Virus record (IMG/VR): IMGVR_UViG_3300043139_000001
Location: 1-42,185 of that record
DNA length: 42,185 nt
Source: a virus
Reading direction: 5' to 3' (one strand)
The notes beneath the pieces were generated by a model. The model saw only the letters and a program-made list of their open reading frames with translations. It was not told where the DNA came from and did no database searches. Shown here one piece after another: positions 16,393-25,224 of the stretch (position 1 is its first letter; each line of letters opens with the position of its first letter). Position numbers and translations under genes: made by a program.

Positions 16393-16557
16393 ATGCAAGG
16401 CATGGTTACGATCGTCCTCACCCAAGAGGAGGAGGGCGGCGACGTCGACGTCAAGAGCTTCTTCGCCCCCCGCCTCAACTTGGAGGGCGAGAACCCCGAC
16501 ACCCACGGCTTCGCGGTCAAGATGCTCGAGGCCGTCGCCCAGGAGGCGGGAGCATGA
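16393..16557 (+). CDS. Possible 54-aa acidic protein translationally coupled to the recombinase
   Basis: ATG preceded by AACCGAAGGAG. Its stop overlaps the recombinase ATG (ATGA). Below the ORF-track size cutoff. Confidence 0.45.
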   Translation: MQGMVTIVLTQEEEGGDVDVKSFFAPRLNLEGENPDTHGFAVKMLEAVAQEAGA

Positions 16558-17156
16558 GCAGCCGACCCGACCTAACGACCCCCTGGGCCGATCGAGAGGA
16601 ACTGCGCAAGCTGCTCCTCGCCGCCCGCGACACCCACCCACGCGACTTCTTGCTCGTCTCCCTACTCGGGCTCAACGGCCTGCGTGTCTCGGAGGCGGTG
16701 AAAGCCGCTGTCGAGGATCTCGGCAGCTCCGGCGGGCACCGCACCCTCCACGTCGTGCGCAAGGGCCGCAAGCGCGGTGTCGTGCCACTCGCGCCGATCG
16801 TTTGCACGTCGATCGACGAGTTCCTCGCAGGACGCACGGAGGGGCCGCTCCTGCCGCGCCTACACGCCTCCGGGGCGGTGCTCGAGCCCTTGGTCGGGAT
16901 CTCCCGGCAGACGGCCTGGGATCGCGTCAAGGCCCTGGCCGACTGGATCGGCGTCAACCCCGACCTCTCGCCCCACTCCCTGCGGCGCAGCTTCGTCACC
17001 CTCGCCTTGCAGGACGGGGCGCCGCTGCATCAGGTGCAGCTCGCGGTCGGCCACGCCTCGCCGACGACGACGATGATCTACATGAAGGACGCGGGTGGCC
17101 TCGAGCACAACCCGACCTTCGACCTGGCTGACTCTCTACTTCGAGTGGAGGGTTAG
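16554..17156 (+). CDS. Tyrosine recombinase, catalytic domain only (200 aa)
   Basis: GLRVSE (Arg I at residue 44), VVRKGRK (Lys), HSLRRSF (His-x-x-Arg), VGHAS (His) and TMIYMK (Tyr) together make the full catalytic set. There is no room for an N-terminal core-binding domain. Confidence 0.85.
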   Translation: MSSRPDLTTPWADREELRKLLLAARDTHPRDFLLVSLLGLNGLRVSEAVKAAVEDLGSSGGHRTLHVVRKGRKRGVVPLAPIVCTSIDEFLAGRTEGPLLPRLHASGAVLEPLVGISRQTAWDRVKALADWIGVNPDLSPHSLRRSFVTLALQDGAPLHQVQLAVGHASPTTTMIYMKDAGGLEHNPTFDLADSLLRVEG

Positions 17157-17160
17157 GGAT

Positions 17161-17361
17161 ATGTCGATTCACCGCGTCCAGCTTGACCTCAACATCGACG
17201 ACGAGGCCCTCGCCGACCACCTGGCCGAGGCTGACGGCGAGCGGCCGCCCTACTCGGCCGACCTCAACGATTGGAACGCAGACGACGTCGCCAGAGCGGC
17301 CGAGCTCGACATCATCGACCTGGGCGACTGCGCCTTCACCTACATCGGGAAGGTGGGCTAG
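17161..17361 (+). CDS. Hypothetical acidic 66-aa protein
   Basis: ATG preceded by GGAGGGTTAGGG. I shortened the ORF on the track. Confidence 0.6.
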   Translation: MSIHRVQLDLNIDDEALADHLAEADGERPPYSADLNDWNADDVARAAELDIIDLGDCAFTYIGKVG

Positions 17362-17493
17362 ATGCACCCCTCTCGCTTCCATGACGGCGGCCCGATCCTC
17401 GACGTCGGCAAGCCGCTCTGGCCGCTCTGGGTGATCCCACTCGCGATCCTCGGCGGCGGCTGGCTGATCGAAGTGGTGGGAGGGTGGCTATGA
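17362..17493 (+). CDS. Possible 43-aa membrane peptide
   Basis: ATG directly follows the upstream TAG. TM segment LWPLWVIPLAILGGGWLIEVVGG. Its stop overlaps the next ATG (ATGA). Confidence 0.4.
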   Translation: MHPSRFHDGGPILDVGKPLWPLWVIPLAILGGGWLIEVVGGWL

Positions 17494-17834
17494 CGATCCG
17501 CTTCCCCGGCATCCAGATCTACGTTGGCCGCAAGCGAGGGCAACCAATCACCTATGACCATCTCGTGGACGCAGAGACGCGGGCGTTCGCAGCCGAAGAG
17601 CGTCTAGTCGAAGAGCGCGAGCAGTGGTGGGGGCTACGTCGGGTTGTGGAGCTGGCGATCGAGAAGATGCGAGGGGATCTACGCAATCAAGAGCCGCGAG
17701 CGGTTGCCGACGTGCTCGAGCGGGCGTTGCCCAAGTGGGGTTGTGCCCGCGATTCCGATTGGTGCGACGGCCATGTTTGCCGCGAGCAGGGCGTGGAGTG
17801 CCCCAACCAAATCGAGGAGGGAGGAAATGCCTGA
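17490..17834 (+). CDS. Hypothetical 114-aa protein with a Cys-rich C-terminus
   Basis: ATGA overlap with the upstream stop. GTG 17484 is an alternative start. Confidence 0.6.
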   Translation: MTIRFPGIQIYVGRKRGQPITYDHLVDAETRAFAAEERLVEEREQWWGLRRVVELAIEKMRGDLRNQEPRAVADVLERALPKWGCARDSDWCDGHVCREQGVECPNQIEEGGNA

Positions 17835-18000
17835 GTCGATGCGGCCCTTCGACTGGAAACGCGACTGTCCCAGGGACGTCGAGCGCTTCCGCCCGATCGC
17901 CGGCAGAGGGCGCGGTAGGGAGCTCAGCCCCGAGGCGGTTCAAACTGCGACCCGCAAATTGCAGGGTCGGGAGTTGACGCGACGGGAGCGGCCAGCGTAG
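17827..18000 (+). CDS. Possible 57-aa basic protein
   Basis: ATG preceded by GGAGGGAGGAA. Overlaps the upstream gene by 8 nt and ends just before a terminator. Confidence 0.35.
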   Translation: MPESMRPFDWKRDCPRDVERFRPIAGRGRGRELSPEAVQTATRKLQGRELTRRERPA

Positions 18001-18035
18001 GGTCGCCCTCGCCAGTCTCACTCCCTGCCAGTCGC

Positions 18036-18066
18036 AAAGGGCCGTCCTTCGGGGCGGCCCTTTGTC
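18036..18066 (+). terminator. Intrinsic terminator of the recombinase operon
   Basis: aaagggccg-tccttcgggg-cggcccttt (9-bp stem that can be extended into the loop), followed by gtcgtt. Confidence 0.6.
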
Positions 18067-18131
18067 GTTCCGTCCGCTGGGGGACCTAGCTTCCTCGCCG
18101 TGATTCAGGGTCACAGGATGCGAGGAGATCG

Positions 18132-18947
18132 GTGAGCGACCAGGCCGCCCGCAAGGCCGTTCGATTCGCCGACGACGTCACTCAACAGGGCTTCACGCAG
18201 ATCCCCAACGCGATCCTCCGTGACTCGACCCTCTCGGCCGGCGCCCGCCTCACCTACGGCCTCCTCAGTTCCTTCGCCTGGCAGAGCGACGAGTGCTTCG
18301 TCGGGCAGAAGAAGCTCGGCGAGCTGGCCGGCGTCGGCGATCGCCAGATCCGCAAGTACCTCACCGAACTCGAGGACGCGGGCCTGCTCGAGATCACACA
18401 GCAGGGCCTCCACAAGCCGAATCTCTACACCCTCTTTGGTGCCGGTCCTGACCGGGCCTGTAGTTCCGGTCAGGACCGGACCTCTAGTTCCGACGAAGAA
18501 GACACAAAGGAAGAAGACCCAGAAAACCCCCAACCCCCTACCCAGCAGACCGTCAAATCGGAGACGACCCAGAAGATCGAGAGCGCTTGGGACAAGTACG
18601 TAGTTGAGATGAATCCCCGCGGGCGCGGGCGCGAGCTGCAACCCGACGACCGGAAGATCCTTCGCGCTGTGCTCAAGGTCGCCGACCTTGAGGAGGTCGA
18701 AAAGGCGATCGCCGAGTGCCAGGCCAGCGACTTCCACATGAAGCGGGGCAAACACAAGAACCGGCCGGGCGGCAAGTACAACTCGCTCGGCAAGATCTTC
18801 AAGCCGCGGCCGACCAAAGGGGAGACGTGGCGATCGCGGATCGAATGGTGGCTCGATCGCGCCGAGGAACGCTCGAGCAATTCGACCCCCGCCTTCGACG
18901 TCAACGCCGAGGCGAAACGAATCCGCGAAGAGCAGGAGGCCGACTAG
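18132..18947 (+). CDS. Replication initiator / replisome-organiser-like winged-helix protein
   Basis: GTG start preceded by GAGGAG. N-terminus GFTQIPNAILRDSTLSAGARLTYGLLSSFAW...KKLGELAGVGDRQIRKYLTELEDAGLL is a typical wHTH. Lies directly upstream of dnaB. Confidence 0.7.
   Translation: MSDQAARKAVRFADDVTQQGFTQIPNAILRDSTLSAGARLTYGLLSSFAWQSDECFVGQKKLGELAGVGDRQIRKYLTELEDAGLLEITQQGLHKPNLYTLFGAGPDRACSSGQDRTSSSDEEDTKEEDPENPQPPTQQTVKSETTQKIESAWDKYVVEMNPRGRGRELQPDDRKILRAVLKVADLEEVEKAIAECQASDFHMKRGKHKNRPGGKYNSLGKIFKPRPTKGETWRSRIEWWLDRAEERSSNSTPAFDVNAEAKRIREEQEAD
18442..18493. repeat. Inverted plus direct repeats inside the initiator gene linker (origin candidate)
   Basis: ccggtcctgaccgg (18442-18455) and its exact reverse complement ccggtcaggaccgg (18466-18479). 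Direct repeats cctgtagttccg and cctctagttccg follow each arm. Confidence 0.4.
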
Positions 18948-20320
18948 TGGCCGGCAGTGTCGTCCTCGACCAGCACCCCGGCGACGTCCCGCCGCAGAAC
19001 ATCGAAGCCGAGGAGTCGGTGCTCGGGGCGATGCTCGTCGCCGAGCCGGCGCTCAAGAGGGTGCGGGTCGAATCGGGCCTCGTCCCCCAGCACTTCTACC
19101 TCGACAAGCACGGCGAGATCTTCGCCGCGATCGGGAAGGTCGCCGAACGCAACGGCACCGCTGACCAGCTCACCGTCGCCGACGCCCTGCCCGAGCACAG
19201 GAACCTGATCTTCGAGCTCGCGGCCAAGGTGCCGGCGGCAGGGAACGCGATGCACTACGCCCGGATCGTGCTGCTCAACGCCCAGCTTCGGGCGAAGCTC
19301 GAAGGCGCGCAGCTAATCCAAGAGGGGGTGCGCGAGCGCTTCGACGAAGAGAAGTCGGCCTCGCTGATCCGCGAGGGGATCGCCAGGGCGACGTCGGACT
19401 TCACGATCGACGCCGAGCGGACCTCCGGCGCCGACATCCTCGAGGATCTCTTCGACACCTTCGACCGCGACACCGAGGGCGAGGTCATGGAGCTGCCGTG
19501 GTCGGAGCTCAACGAGTGCGTCCTCGGCGGCTACCGGCGCAAGCAGATGTCGGTGTTGGCCGGCTGGGAAAACATGGGGAAGAGCTGCGCGCTCGACGAG
19601 ATCCTCGACAGCTTCGACCAGCAGGGTTTCAAATGCGCGATCTTCGCCACGGAGATGTCCAAGGAGGAGCGGGCGGCCCGGTGGCTGACGTCGCAGACGG
19701 CGGTGCCGCTCGAACGCATCCTCCGCAACCAGCTCGAGCCGAAGCACATGAGCCGCTTGCTCGAGGCGGCCAACAAGCACAACCGCCTCCCCTTCGACTA
19801 CTTCGAGTGTGACGATTGGAGCGCCGACCGGATCTGCGAGCGGATCGTCTTCGGCGATTACGACGTCGTCGCCGTCGACCCCGTCACCGAAATCCCCGGC
19901 TTCGAGAAAGCCGAGGTCGCCGCCGCGATCACTCGCCGCTTCAAGCAGGTTGCCACCCAGGCCAACTGCCACGTGATCCTCGTCGCCCACTTGAACCGGC
20001 AGCGGTTGAAGGACCCGAAGGGGGTGAAGCCGCGGCCGCTCTGCGTCGATCTCAAGGGCTCGGGGACGCTCGCCCAGGCGGCCAACGCCGTGCTCTTCCT
20101 GCACCGCGACCAGGACGAGGAGGCCAACGTCAAGCCGGAGGGCGAGATCTACTTCGACAAGGTCCGCAACGGCTTCAAGAAGTCGATCCGGGTCGCCCAG
20201 AGCAGCCGCACCCACCGCTTCATGTGGCTCAAGCCCGAGCCGGTCCACGAGCAGGAGGAGCTCGAAGTCGGCAACACCCACCTACCGCCACCCGGCCACG
20301 ACCAACGAAGGGACGACTGA
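18947..20320 (+). CDS. dnaB: DnaB-family replicative helicase
   Basis: GTG overlaps the initiator stop (TAGTG). N-terminal signature PPQNIEAEESVLGAML. Walker A GWENMGKS. RecA-like C-terminal domain. Confidence 0.9.
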   Translation: MAGSVVLDQHPGDVPPQNIEAEESVLGAMLVAEPALKRVRVESGLVPQHFYLDKHGEIFAAIGKVAERNGTADQLTVADALPEHRNLIFELAAKVPAAGNAMHYARIVLLNAQLRAKLEGAQLIQEGVRERFDEEKSASLIREGIARATSDFTIDAERTSGADILEDLFDTFDRDTEGEVMELPWSELNECVLGGYRRKQMSVLAGWENMGKSCALDEILDSFDQQGFKCAIFATEMSKEERAARWLTSQTAVPLERILRNQLEPKHMSRLLEAANKHNRLPFDYFECDDWSADRICERIVFGDYDVVAVDPVTEIPGFEKAEVAAAITRRFKQVATQANCHVILVAHLNRQRLKDPKGVKPRPLCVDLKGSGTLAQAANAVLFLHRDQDEEANVKPEGEIYFDKVRNGFKKSIRVAQSSRTHRFMWLKPEPVHEQEELEVGNTHLPPPGHDQRRDD

Positions 20321-20787
20321 TGGGAACCAAGCGCCGAGTGCGGATCGAAGACGAGGTCGGAGGCGGCCTCGTCGAGAACCCCCGCGATCCGACCGAGCCG
20401 GCGCGCTTGCTCCGGCAGAACCCCCACAGCACCGACTACGACGGCATCCGTCGCAGCTTCGACGAGGAAGGGGTGCCGAGGGACGTCACCAACCCCGCGG
20501 CGATCGCGGAGGCCGGCGAGGAATCGGCCTACACCGATCGGCCGGGGCAGGCCGTCCCCGGCGAGCCCGAGGCGATCAGCCGGGAGGCCCAGGAAGAGAT
20601 CTGCCGTCGAGCCCGCGAGAAGAAGGAGCGGGTGGTGATGTCGCCCCTCTACGCGATCGACAAGGAGCTCGAGAAGCTCGAAGGCGCCGGCCACTACAAG
20701 CCCGGCAAGGTCCGCTTCATCCGCAAGCTCGTCAACCAGCTCGGCGAGGACGCGATGCGGGGCGCGGTGGAGGTCGAGGACGAGTGA
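20320..20787 (+). CDS. Hypothetical acidic 155-aa protein
   Basis: ATG overlaps the dnaB stop (TGATG). This internal start was chosen within a longer ORF on the track. Confidence 0.6.
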   Translation: MGTKRRVRIEDEVGGGLVENPRDPTEPARLLRQNPHSTDYDGIRRSFDEEGVPRDVTNPAAIAEAGEESAYTDRPGQAVPGEPEAISREAQEEICRRAREKKERVVMSPLYAIDKELEKLEGAGHYKPGKVRFIRKLVNQLGEDAMRGAVEVEDE

Positions 20788-21041
20788 GCCCCTCGGCCGA
20801 GAAGGTGCAATGCCCCTTCTGCCTCGGGCACCCGAGGATCAAAGACGACGGCACGATGTACGCCCACGACTACGGCCGGCCGGGGATGCGGAAGCGCTGC
20901 CCCGGCGCCGGCAGGACGAAGGCCGAGGCGAAGGCCGAGCGCGAGGCCGCAAACACCGAGGGTCGGCGTCCCACCGTTCTGTCCGGCCGGCCGGATTCAC
21001 TGGATGCCCCCAGCGAAGTTCGACCCGAGGACATCTTCTAA
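20784..21041 (+). CDS. Small Cys-containing (zinc-ribbon-like) protein
   Basis: GTGA overlap with the upstream stop. Contains CPFCLG...RKRCPG. Confidence 0.55.
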   Translation: MSPSAEKVQCPFCLGHPRIKDDGTMYAHDYGRPGMRKRCPGAGRTKAEAKAEREAANTEGRRPTVLSGRPDSLDAPSEVRPEDIF

Positions 21042-21272
21042 ATGCCAGCTTGCCGCGACTGCAAAGAGCCGATCAAGTTCGCCCGGATCGGCGGCCGCAC
21101 GATCCCTGTCGACGCGATCAACACCTTCGAGGGCAGCTACGTCCTCCTTCACGAAGGCGGGGTGCTGACGGCTCGGCCGGCTCGCCTCCCCGCCGATCAG
21201 ATGCGCCCCCGGCACAAGCACCACTTCGATACCTGCAAATCCCGCCGCTACCGAAAGGCCCCCCAGCGATGA
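21042..21272 (+). CDS. Small Cys-containing protein
   Basis: ATG directly follows the upstream TAA. Contains CRDCKEP...HHFDTC. Confidence 0.55.
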   Translation: MPACRDCKEPIKFARIGGRTIPVDAINTFEGSYVLLHEGGVLTARPARLPADQMRPRHKHHFDTCKSRRYRKAPQR

Positions 21273-22390
21273 GCATCCGAGCGATCAGCTTCACCGAGTC
21301 CGGCAACCTCCTCACCTGTCAGGCCCAATGGGACTTCAACTACGGCGGCTACCTGGCCGGCGACTGCCTCAAGCCGAGGGCGGTGCCGACGCGGCTGCAA
21401 GAGGGCAGCGCGTGGGGCGCCGGAGTCGCCGCCTTCCACGCCGCGACCGAGGACAAGGTCGACGCCGGGATCATCGCCCTCACCGCCAAGCTCGACGCCG
21501 AAGCCAAGAAGCTCGAGGCCAAGGGGGTCTACGACGCCGAGGCCCACCGGCAGATGGCCTCGAAGCTGCGGGCGCTGCTCGAGCAGTACGCGGTCGAAGA
21601 GGACTCGCGCCCGGTGCCGCTCGCTGGGCTCGGCGACCTCGAGCAGGAGCTCCTCGTGCCGCTGCCTTCGAGGTCGGGCAAGGGTGACTCGAGCATCTAC
21701 CGCTTGCAGGTCTTCTTCGACGGCGTCCTCGAAGACGAGGACGGCCGGATCTGGCTCGTCGAGTTCAAGCTGCGGGAAACCCTCTCGGCGCTCGAGCTGA
21801 TTACGAACGGGCGCCAGATCCGCTACTACGCCTGGGCCTGGGAACGGGAGCACGGCCGGCCCGTCGCCGGGGTGATCGTCGACGAGCGGCTCAACGCGCA
21901 GCCGAAGCCGCCGAAGATCGTCAACTCCAAGAAGGGGGTCGGCCGGGAGGTCGAGGTCGACGTCCTCGACAAAGAGACGAAAGAGCCCACCGGGGAGAAG
22001 AAGATGGTGTGGCGGGCGCCGTCCACCGACAAGGCCCAGCTCACCACTCCCGAGCTCTACGAGGCGGCCTGCGCCGAATACGGCGTCGAGGTCGACGAGG
22101 CGATGGTCGCCGCTCTGCGGGACCGCCGTTGGTCCCAGCGCGAGCGCGTCTTCCTCTCGCCCCGCGAGATCGAGGAGAGCGGCACGGAGCTGATCTCCCT
22201 CGGCCGCCAGGTCGCCGCCCTCGACTCCGGGCAGACCTACCCGGTGCGGAACGTCAAGCCGCAGAACTGCAACGGCTGCCGCTTCCGCGAGATCTGCAAC
22301 GACCCACACGACAAAGAGCTCGTCGACTCCCTGTTTGACAGGCGGCCGCCGAAGCGAAACCGCACCGACGAGGAGGTAGTCCCAGCATGA
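21269..22390 (+). CDS. Cas4/RecB-like PD-(D/E)XK exonuclease with a Cys cluster
   Basis: ATGA overlap with the upstream stop. Core FFDGVLEDEDGRIWLVEFKLR. One N-terminal Cys plus C-terminal CNGCRFREIC, as in iron-sulfur Cas4-type nucleases. Confidence 0.75.
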   Translation: MSIRAISFTESGNLLTCQAQWDFNYGGYLAGDCLKPRAVPTRLQEGSAWGAGVAAFHAATEDKVDAGIIALTAKLDAEAKKLEAKGVYDAEAHRQMASKLRALLEQYAVEEDSRPVPLAGLGDLEQELLVPLPSRSGKGDSSIYRLQVFFDGVLEDEDGRIWLVEFKLRETLSALELITNGRQIRYYAWAWEREHGRPVAGVIVDERLNAQPKPPKIVNSKKGVGREVEVDVLDKETKEPTGEKKMVWRAPSTDKAQLTTPELYEAACAEYGVEVDEAMVAALRDRRWSQRERVFLSPREIEESGTELISLGRQVAALDSGQTYPVRNVKPQNCNGCRFREICNDPHDKELVDSLFDRRPPKRNRTDEEVVPA

Positions 22391-23190
22391 CCCCGCTCGA
22401 TTTCGTCCAGCCCTCGGCCGTAGCGCCGACGATGAACATCCTGCTCTACGGCCCTGGTGGCACCGGCAAGACCGTCAACGCCTGCTCGGCCCCCGGCCCG
22501 ATCCTGGTAGGCAACGCCGAAGGTGAAAGCGCCCTGCGCTTCGCTCGCGGCAAGTGGGGCGACGACAAGATCCACGAGAAGGCGATCGTCACCGCCAAGG
22601 ATCTCGACGACATCTACATGCACATCCGCGAGGGGTGCGAAGAGCAGACGCTCGTGATCGACTCGGTCGGCGAGGTCTACCAGCGGCTCGTCGAGGAGCT
22701 CGCCGGCAGCGGCCGCGCGTCGTTGCAGAACTACGGCGACGTCAACACCAAGATCGAACGGTTCGTCCGGGCGGTCAAGGATCTGCCGATCAACGTCGTG
22801 CTGATCGCTCACGAGCAGCTCGACGAGGACGACGGCGCCACGATCAAGCGGCCGGCGACCGGCGGGAAGAAGCTGCCCGAGAAGCTCGTCGCCGCCGTCG
22901 ACGTCGTCGGCTACTGCGCGGTGATCCCCGAGGGCGACGACACCCCGCGCCGCTACGTAGCCCAGCTTGTCGAAGCCAACGGCCGCCGGGCGAAGGACCG
23001 CTCCGGCTCGCTCGGCAAGCTCCGCGACATCGACCTGAGCGAGTGGATTCCCACCGCCGTCGAGGCGATGTCGGGAGGCCAACAGGAACTTGCCGCCGAG
23101 CCCGAGGCTGAGGCCGAGGAGTCCGGCGAGGGCAAGGAGCAAACCACGTCGACCACCACCAAGGCGACGACCAAAAAAGGAGGCAAGTGA
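22387..23190 (+). CDS. Sak4-like RecA-fold ATPase (AAA_24 type)
   Basis: ATGA overlap with the upstream stop. Walker A LLYGPGGTGKT. Walker B-like LVIDSVGE. Typical partner of the flanking nuclease and SSB-like genes. Confidence 0.8.
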   Translation: MTPLDFVQPSAVAPTMNILLYGPGGTGKTVNACSAPGPILVGNAEGESALRFARGKWGDDKIHEKAIVTAKDLDDIYMHIREGCEEQTLVIDSVGEVYQRLVEELAGSGRASLQNYGDVNTKIERFVRAVKDLPINVVLIAHEQLDEDDGATIKRPATGGKKLPEKLVAAVDVVGYCAVIPEGDDTPRRYVAQLVEANGRRAKDRSGSLGKLRDIDLSEWIPTAVEAMSGGQQELAAEPEAEAEESGEGKEQTTSTTTKATTKKGGK

Positions 23191-23687
23191 TGGGATTCAA
23201 GATGAGCCTCGACGACGTCGAGCCCTGGAAGGGAGGCGGGTTGATCCTGCGCACCGGGACGCACCCCGTTCGCGTCGTCGACGAGGAGATCAAGGAACCC
23301 GGCAAGGACGGCTTCGAGGGCGATCACCCGGTCGTGATCCTCACGCTCGAGGCCATCGGCGGGGAAGAAAAGGGCGGCGAAATCCGCGATTGGGTCCACA
23401 TCACCGCGGAGGCCCTCGGCCGCGTCGCCCAGATCTACGAGGCGTTCGGGGTCGAGGTTCCGAGCGGCGAGTTTGAATGGATCTCCGTCAAGGGCCGGCA
23501 GGCCAAGGCGGTCGTCCGCGAAAAGCCCGGCCGCAAGGACCCGAGCAAAACGTTCTCCGAAGTCGCGAGCTACGTGGCGCTGGCCGAGTCCGACGCTGTC
23601 GTGGCCGGGCTCGAAGAGGCGTTCGATGCCAAGCCGGTCGAGGAGCCCGGCAAGGGCGGCGCCAAAGACGACGACATCCCCTTCTAG
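23187..23687 (+). CDS. DUF669-like protein (putative ssDNA-binding partner of Sak4)
   Basis: GTG 23187 or ATG 23190, after GGAGG. The family call comes from synteny and general sequence pattern only. Confidence 0.55.
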   Translation: MMGFKMSLDDVEPWKGGGLILRTGTHPVRVVDEEIKEPGKDGFEGDHPVVILTLEAIGGEEKGGEIRDWVHITAEALGRVAQIYEAFGVEVPSGEFEWISVKGRQAKAVVREKPGRKDPSKTFSEVASYVALAESDAVVAGLEEAFDAKPVEEPGKGGAKDDDIPF

Positions 23688-23689
23688 CG

Positions 23690-24232
23690 ATGGGGAAGGC
23701 CCTGACGCCCGAGGAGCGAGCCGCCAAAAAGGCGTTCGCCGTCGAGCAGAAGATCAAGAAGGGGACGGGGGCGATCAAGCAGGTCTGGATCGCCCTCGCC
23801 GGCCACTTGCACGAGTTCTACACCGGGCAGATGTGGACGGCGCTGGGCTACGAGAAGTTCGAGTCGTGGCTCGGCTCCCCCGACATCGGGCTCCAACGCA
23901 GCCACACCTACCAGTTGATCGAGGTCTACGAGGAGCTCGTCGTCAAGCGGGGTGTCTCTCAGGAGGAACTCGCCGAGCTCGAGATGTCGAAGCTCAGCGT
24001 GATCCTGCCGGCGCTCCGCAAGGGCGAGGTCGAGCTCGACGAAGCCCTCTCCGACTGCGAGGCGTTGTCGCGGTCGGAGCTGCGCGAGAAGTACGGCCAG
24101 TCGGTCCCGGCCGAGCGAATCCCGCTGACCGAGTGCGAGGAGTGCGGGAAGATGTGCCGCGAGAAGAGCAAGGCCGAGGCCGACGCGGTCGACCCGAACC
24201 AGATCGCATTGGAGGAAACCGATGCCTCGTAG
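23690..24232 (+). CDS. Putative DNA-binding protein
   Basis: ATG 3 nt after the upstream stop. Helical segment WIALAGHLHEFYTGQMWTALGYEKFESWL. C-terminal CEECGKMC. Confidence 0.6.
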   Translation: MGKALTPEERAAKKAFAVEQKIKKGTGAIKQVWIALAGHLHEFYTGQMWTALGYEKFESWLGSPDIGLQRSHTYQLIEVYEELVVKRGVSQEELAELEMSKLSVILPALRKGEVELDEALSDCEALSRSELREKYGQSVPAERIPLTECEECGKMCREKSKAEADAVDPNQIALEETDAS

Positions 24233-24350
24233 GACCGACCCGATGAAGCCGAAGCCGCGCAGGCCCTCGAAGAAGTGGAAGCGGCGGCAGCGCAAAATGA
24301 TCGCGCAGGGCCGCTCTCCCGTCGTTCCCGTCGCGGACTCTCGACGTTGA
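24222..24350 (+). CDS. Possible 42-aa highly basic peptide
   Basis: ATG preceded by GGAGGAAAC. Overlaps the upstream gene end by 11 nt. Weak support. Confidence 0.3.
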   Translation: MPRRTDPMKPKPRRPSKKWKRRQRKMIAQGRSPVVPVADSRR

Positions 24351-24400
24351 CGATCGCCAAGCCGCCTCCCGAGATCTCACACGGTTTCTGGGAGGCGGCT

Positions 24401-24760
24401 ATGGCCCGGCCTCGGCCGGTTCGCTTCATCGCCAACAAGCCCGCTTGCTGGCTCGCCTCCTTCGACCCCGAGCATCGGCTCTGCAAAGGGAAGTGGGAGG
24501 CGTTTCACTTCCTCGGCAAGCAGGAAATGCGCAACTGCCCCGAGCTCTACGGGCTCGACGATCCCGAGCTGATGATGCTGATCGAATACGACCCGCGCAA
24601 CGGTGGGCCGGGGTGCGTGGAGCACCATCGCCCCTTCGATTCCTTCACTGGCGGCGAGCGTCTCGTCGTCCCTCGCCTGGCGCTGCCCGACGACGTCGAG
24701 GAGTTTGTTGACGAACGTGGTCTGGAATCTCTCGCCCAGCGGCGTTTTCCGGCCTCCTAA
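24401..24760 (+). CDS. Hypothetical Cys/His-containing 119-aa protein (possible nuclease-like metal site)
   Basis: ATG preceded by GGAGGCGG. Contains ..CKGKWEAFH..GGPGCVEHHRPFD... Last gene of the rightward replication operon. Confidence 0.55.
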   Translation: MARPRPVRFIANKPACWLASFDPEHRLCKGKWEAFHFLGKQEMRNCPELYGLDDPELMMLIEYDPRNGGPGCVEHHRPFDSFTGGERLVVPRLALPDDVEEFVDERGLESLAQRRFPAS

Positions 24761-25128
24761 GCGGTATCATGGCGGTGCCCGCGCGCAGATCGCCCCCATA
24801 CCTGGCGATCAAGCCCAGAGCCGCTAGTCACTAGCCGTGCCCTGGGGCCGTGAGGCAGAGGATCTCCTCCTCGCCCGCCGTCGCCGTTCCCTGGCGGCAC
24901 ACTCAAGGCGGCGGGAATCTTCGCCGGGCCGCGGCTCGCGGGAGCCAGCGGACCAAGCAACCGAGTCGATGCGCGCACGATCCTGGGGGACCGGCTTTGC
25001 TGGGGCCGGACGGAGGGATCACGGTGCCCGGTGGAGGAACCTCACGGCGGTCGGGAAGCGTTGAGAAAATCGTCGGGGCTCGTGCAGGAACGTCGTAGCT
25101 GTCGCGACCTGCGAATACCCCCGGAGGG

Positions 25129-25153
25129 GCCGGTTCGACTCCGGCGGCCGCCA
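25129..25153 (+). other. tRNA T-arm-like hairpin (GCCGG-TTCGACT-CCGGC) followed by GGCCGCCA
   Basis: The 17-nt arm is identical to the arm at 26572-26588 on the opposite strand. No complete cloverleaf could be drawn. Confidence 0.35.
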
Positions 25154-25224
25154 CTACGTTATTCCGGCCCGCCGGAATGAGACGGGCCGGAATGCCGGCT
25201 GTACCGGCTTCACGTAGCAGCCAA

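Noticed and set aside
24769-25153. tmRNA (ssrA) spanning the ORF-free region
   Set aside because: The size (about 385 nt), the 3' T arm and a possible TGGCGG/CCGCCA closing helix were suggestive. However, there is no G3-U70 pair, no GGGG 5' end, no TTCGAC D-loop analogue and no tag reading frame ending in Ala-Ala-stop.
25078-25156. Canonical tRNA gene ending at the 25129-25153 T arm
   Set aside because: No 5' strand complementary to GGCCGCC lies at tRNA distance, and no D or anticodon arm can be drawn. GGCGGCCGCC is itself a palindrome overlapping the T stem. An attP-core interpretation remains possible but untestable here.
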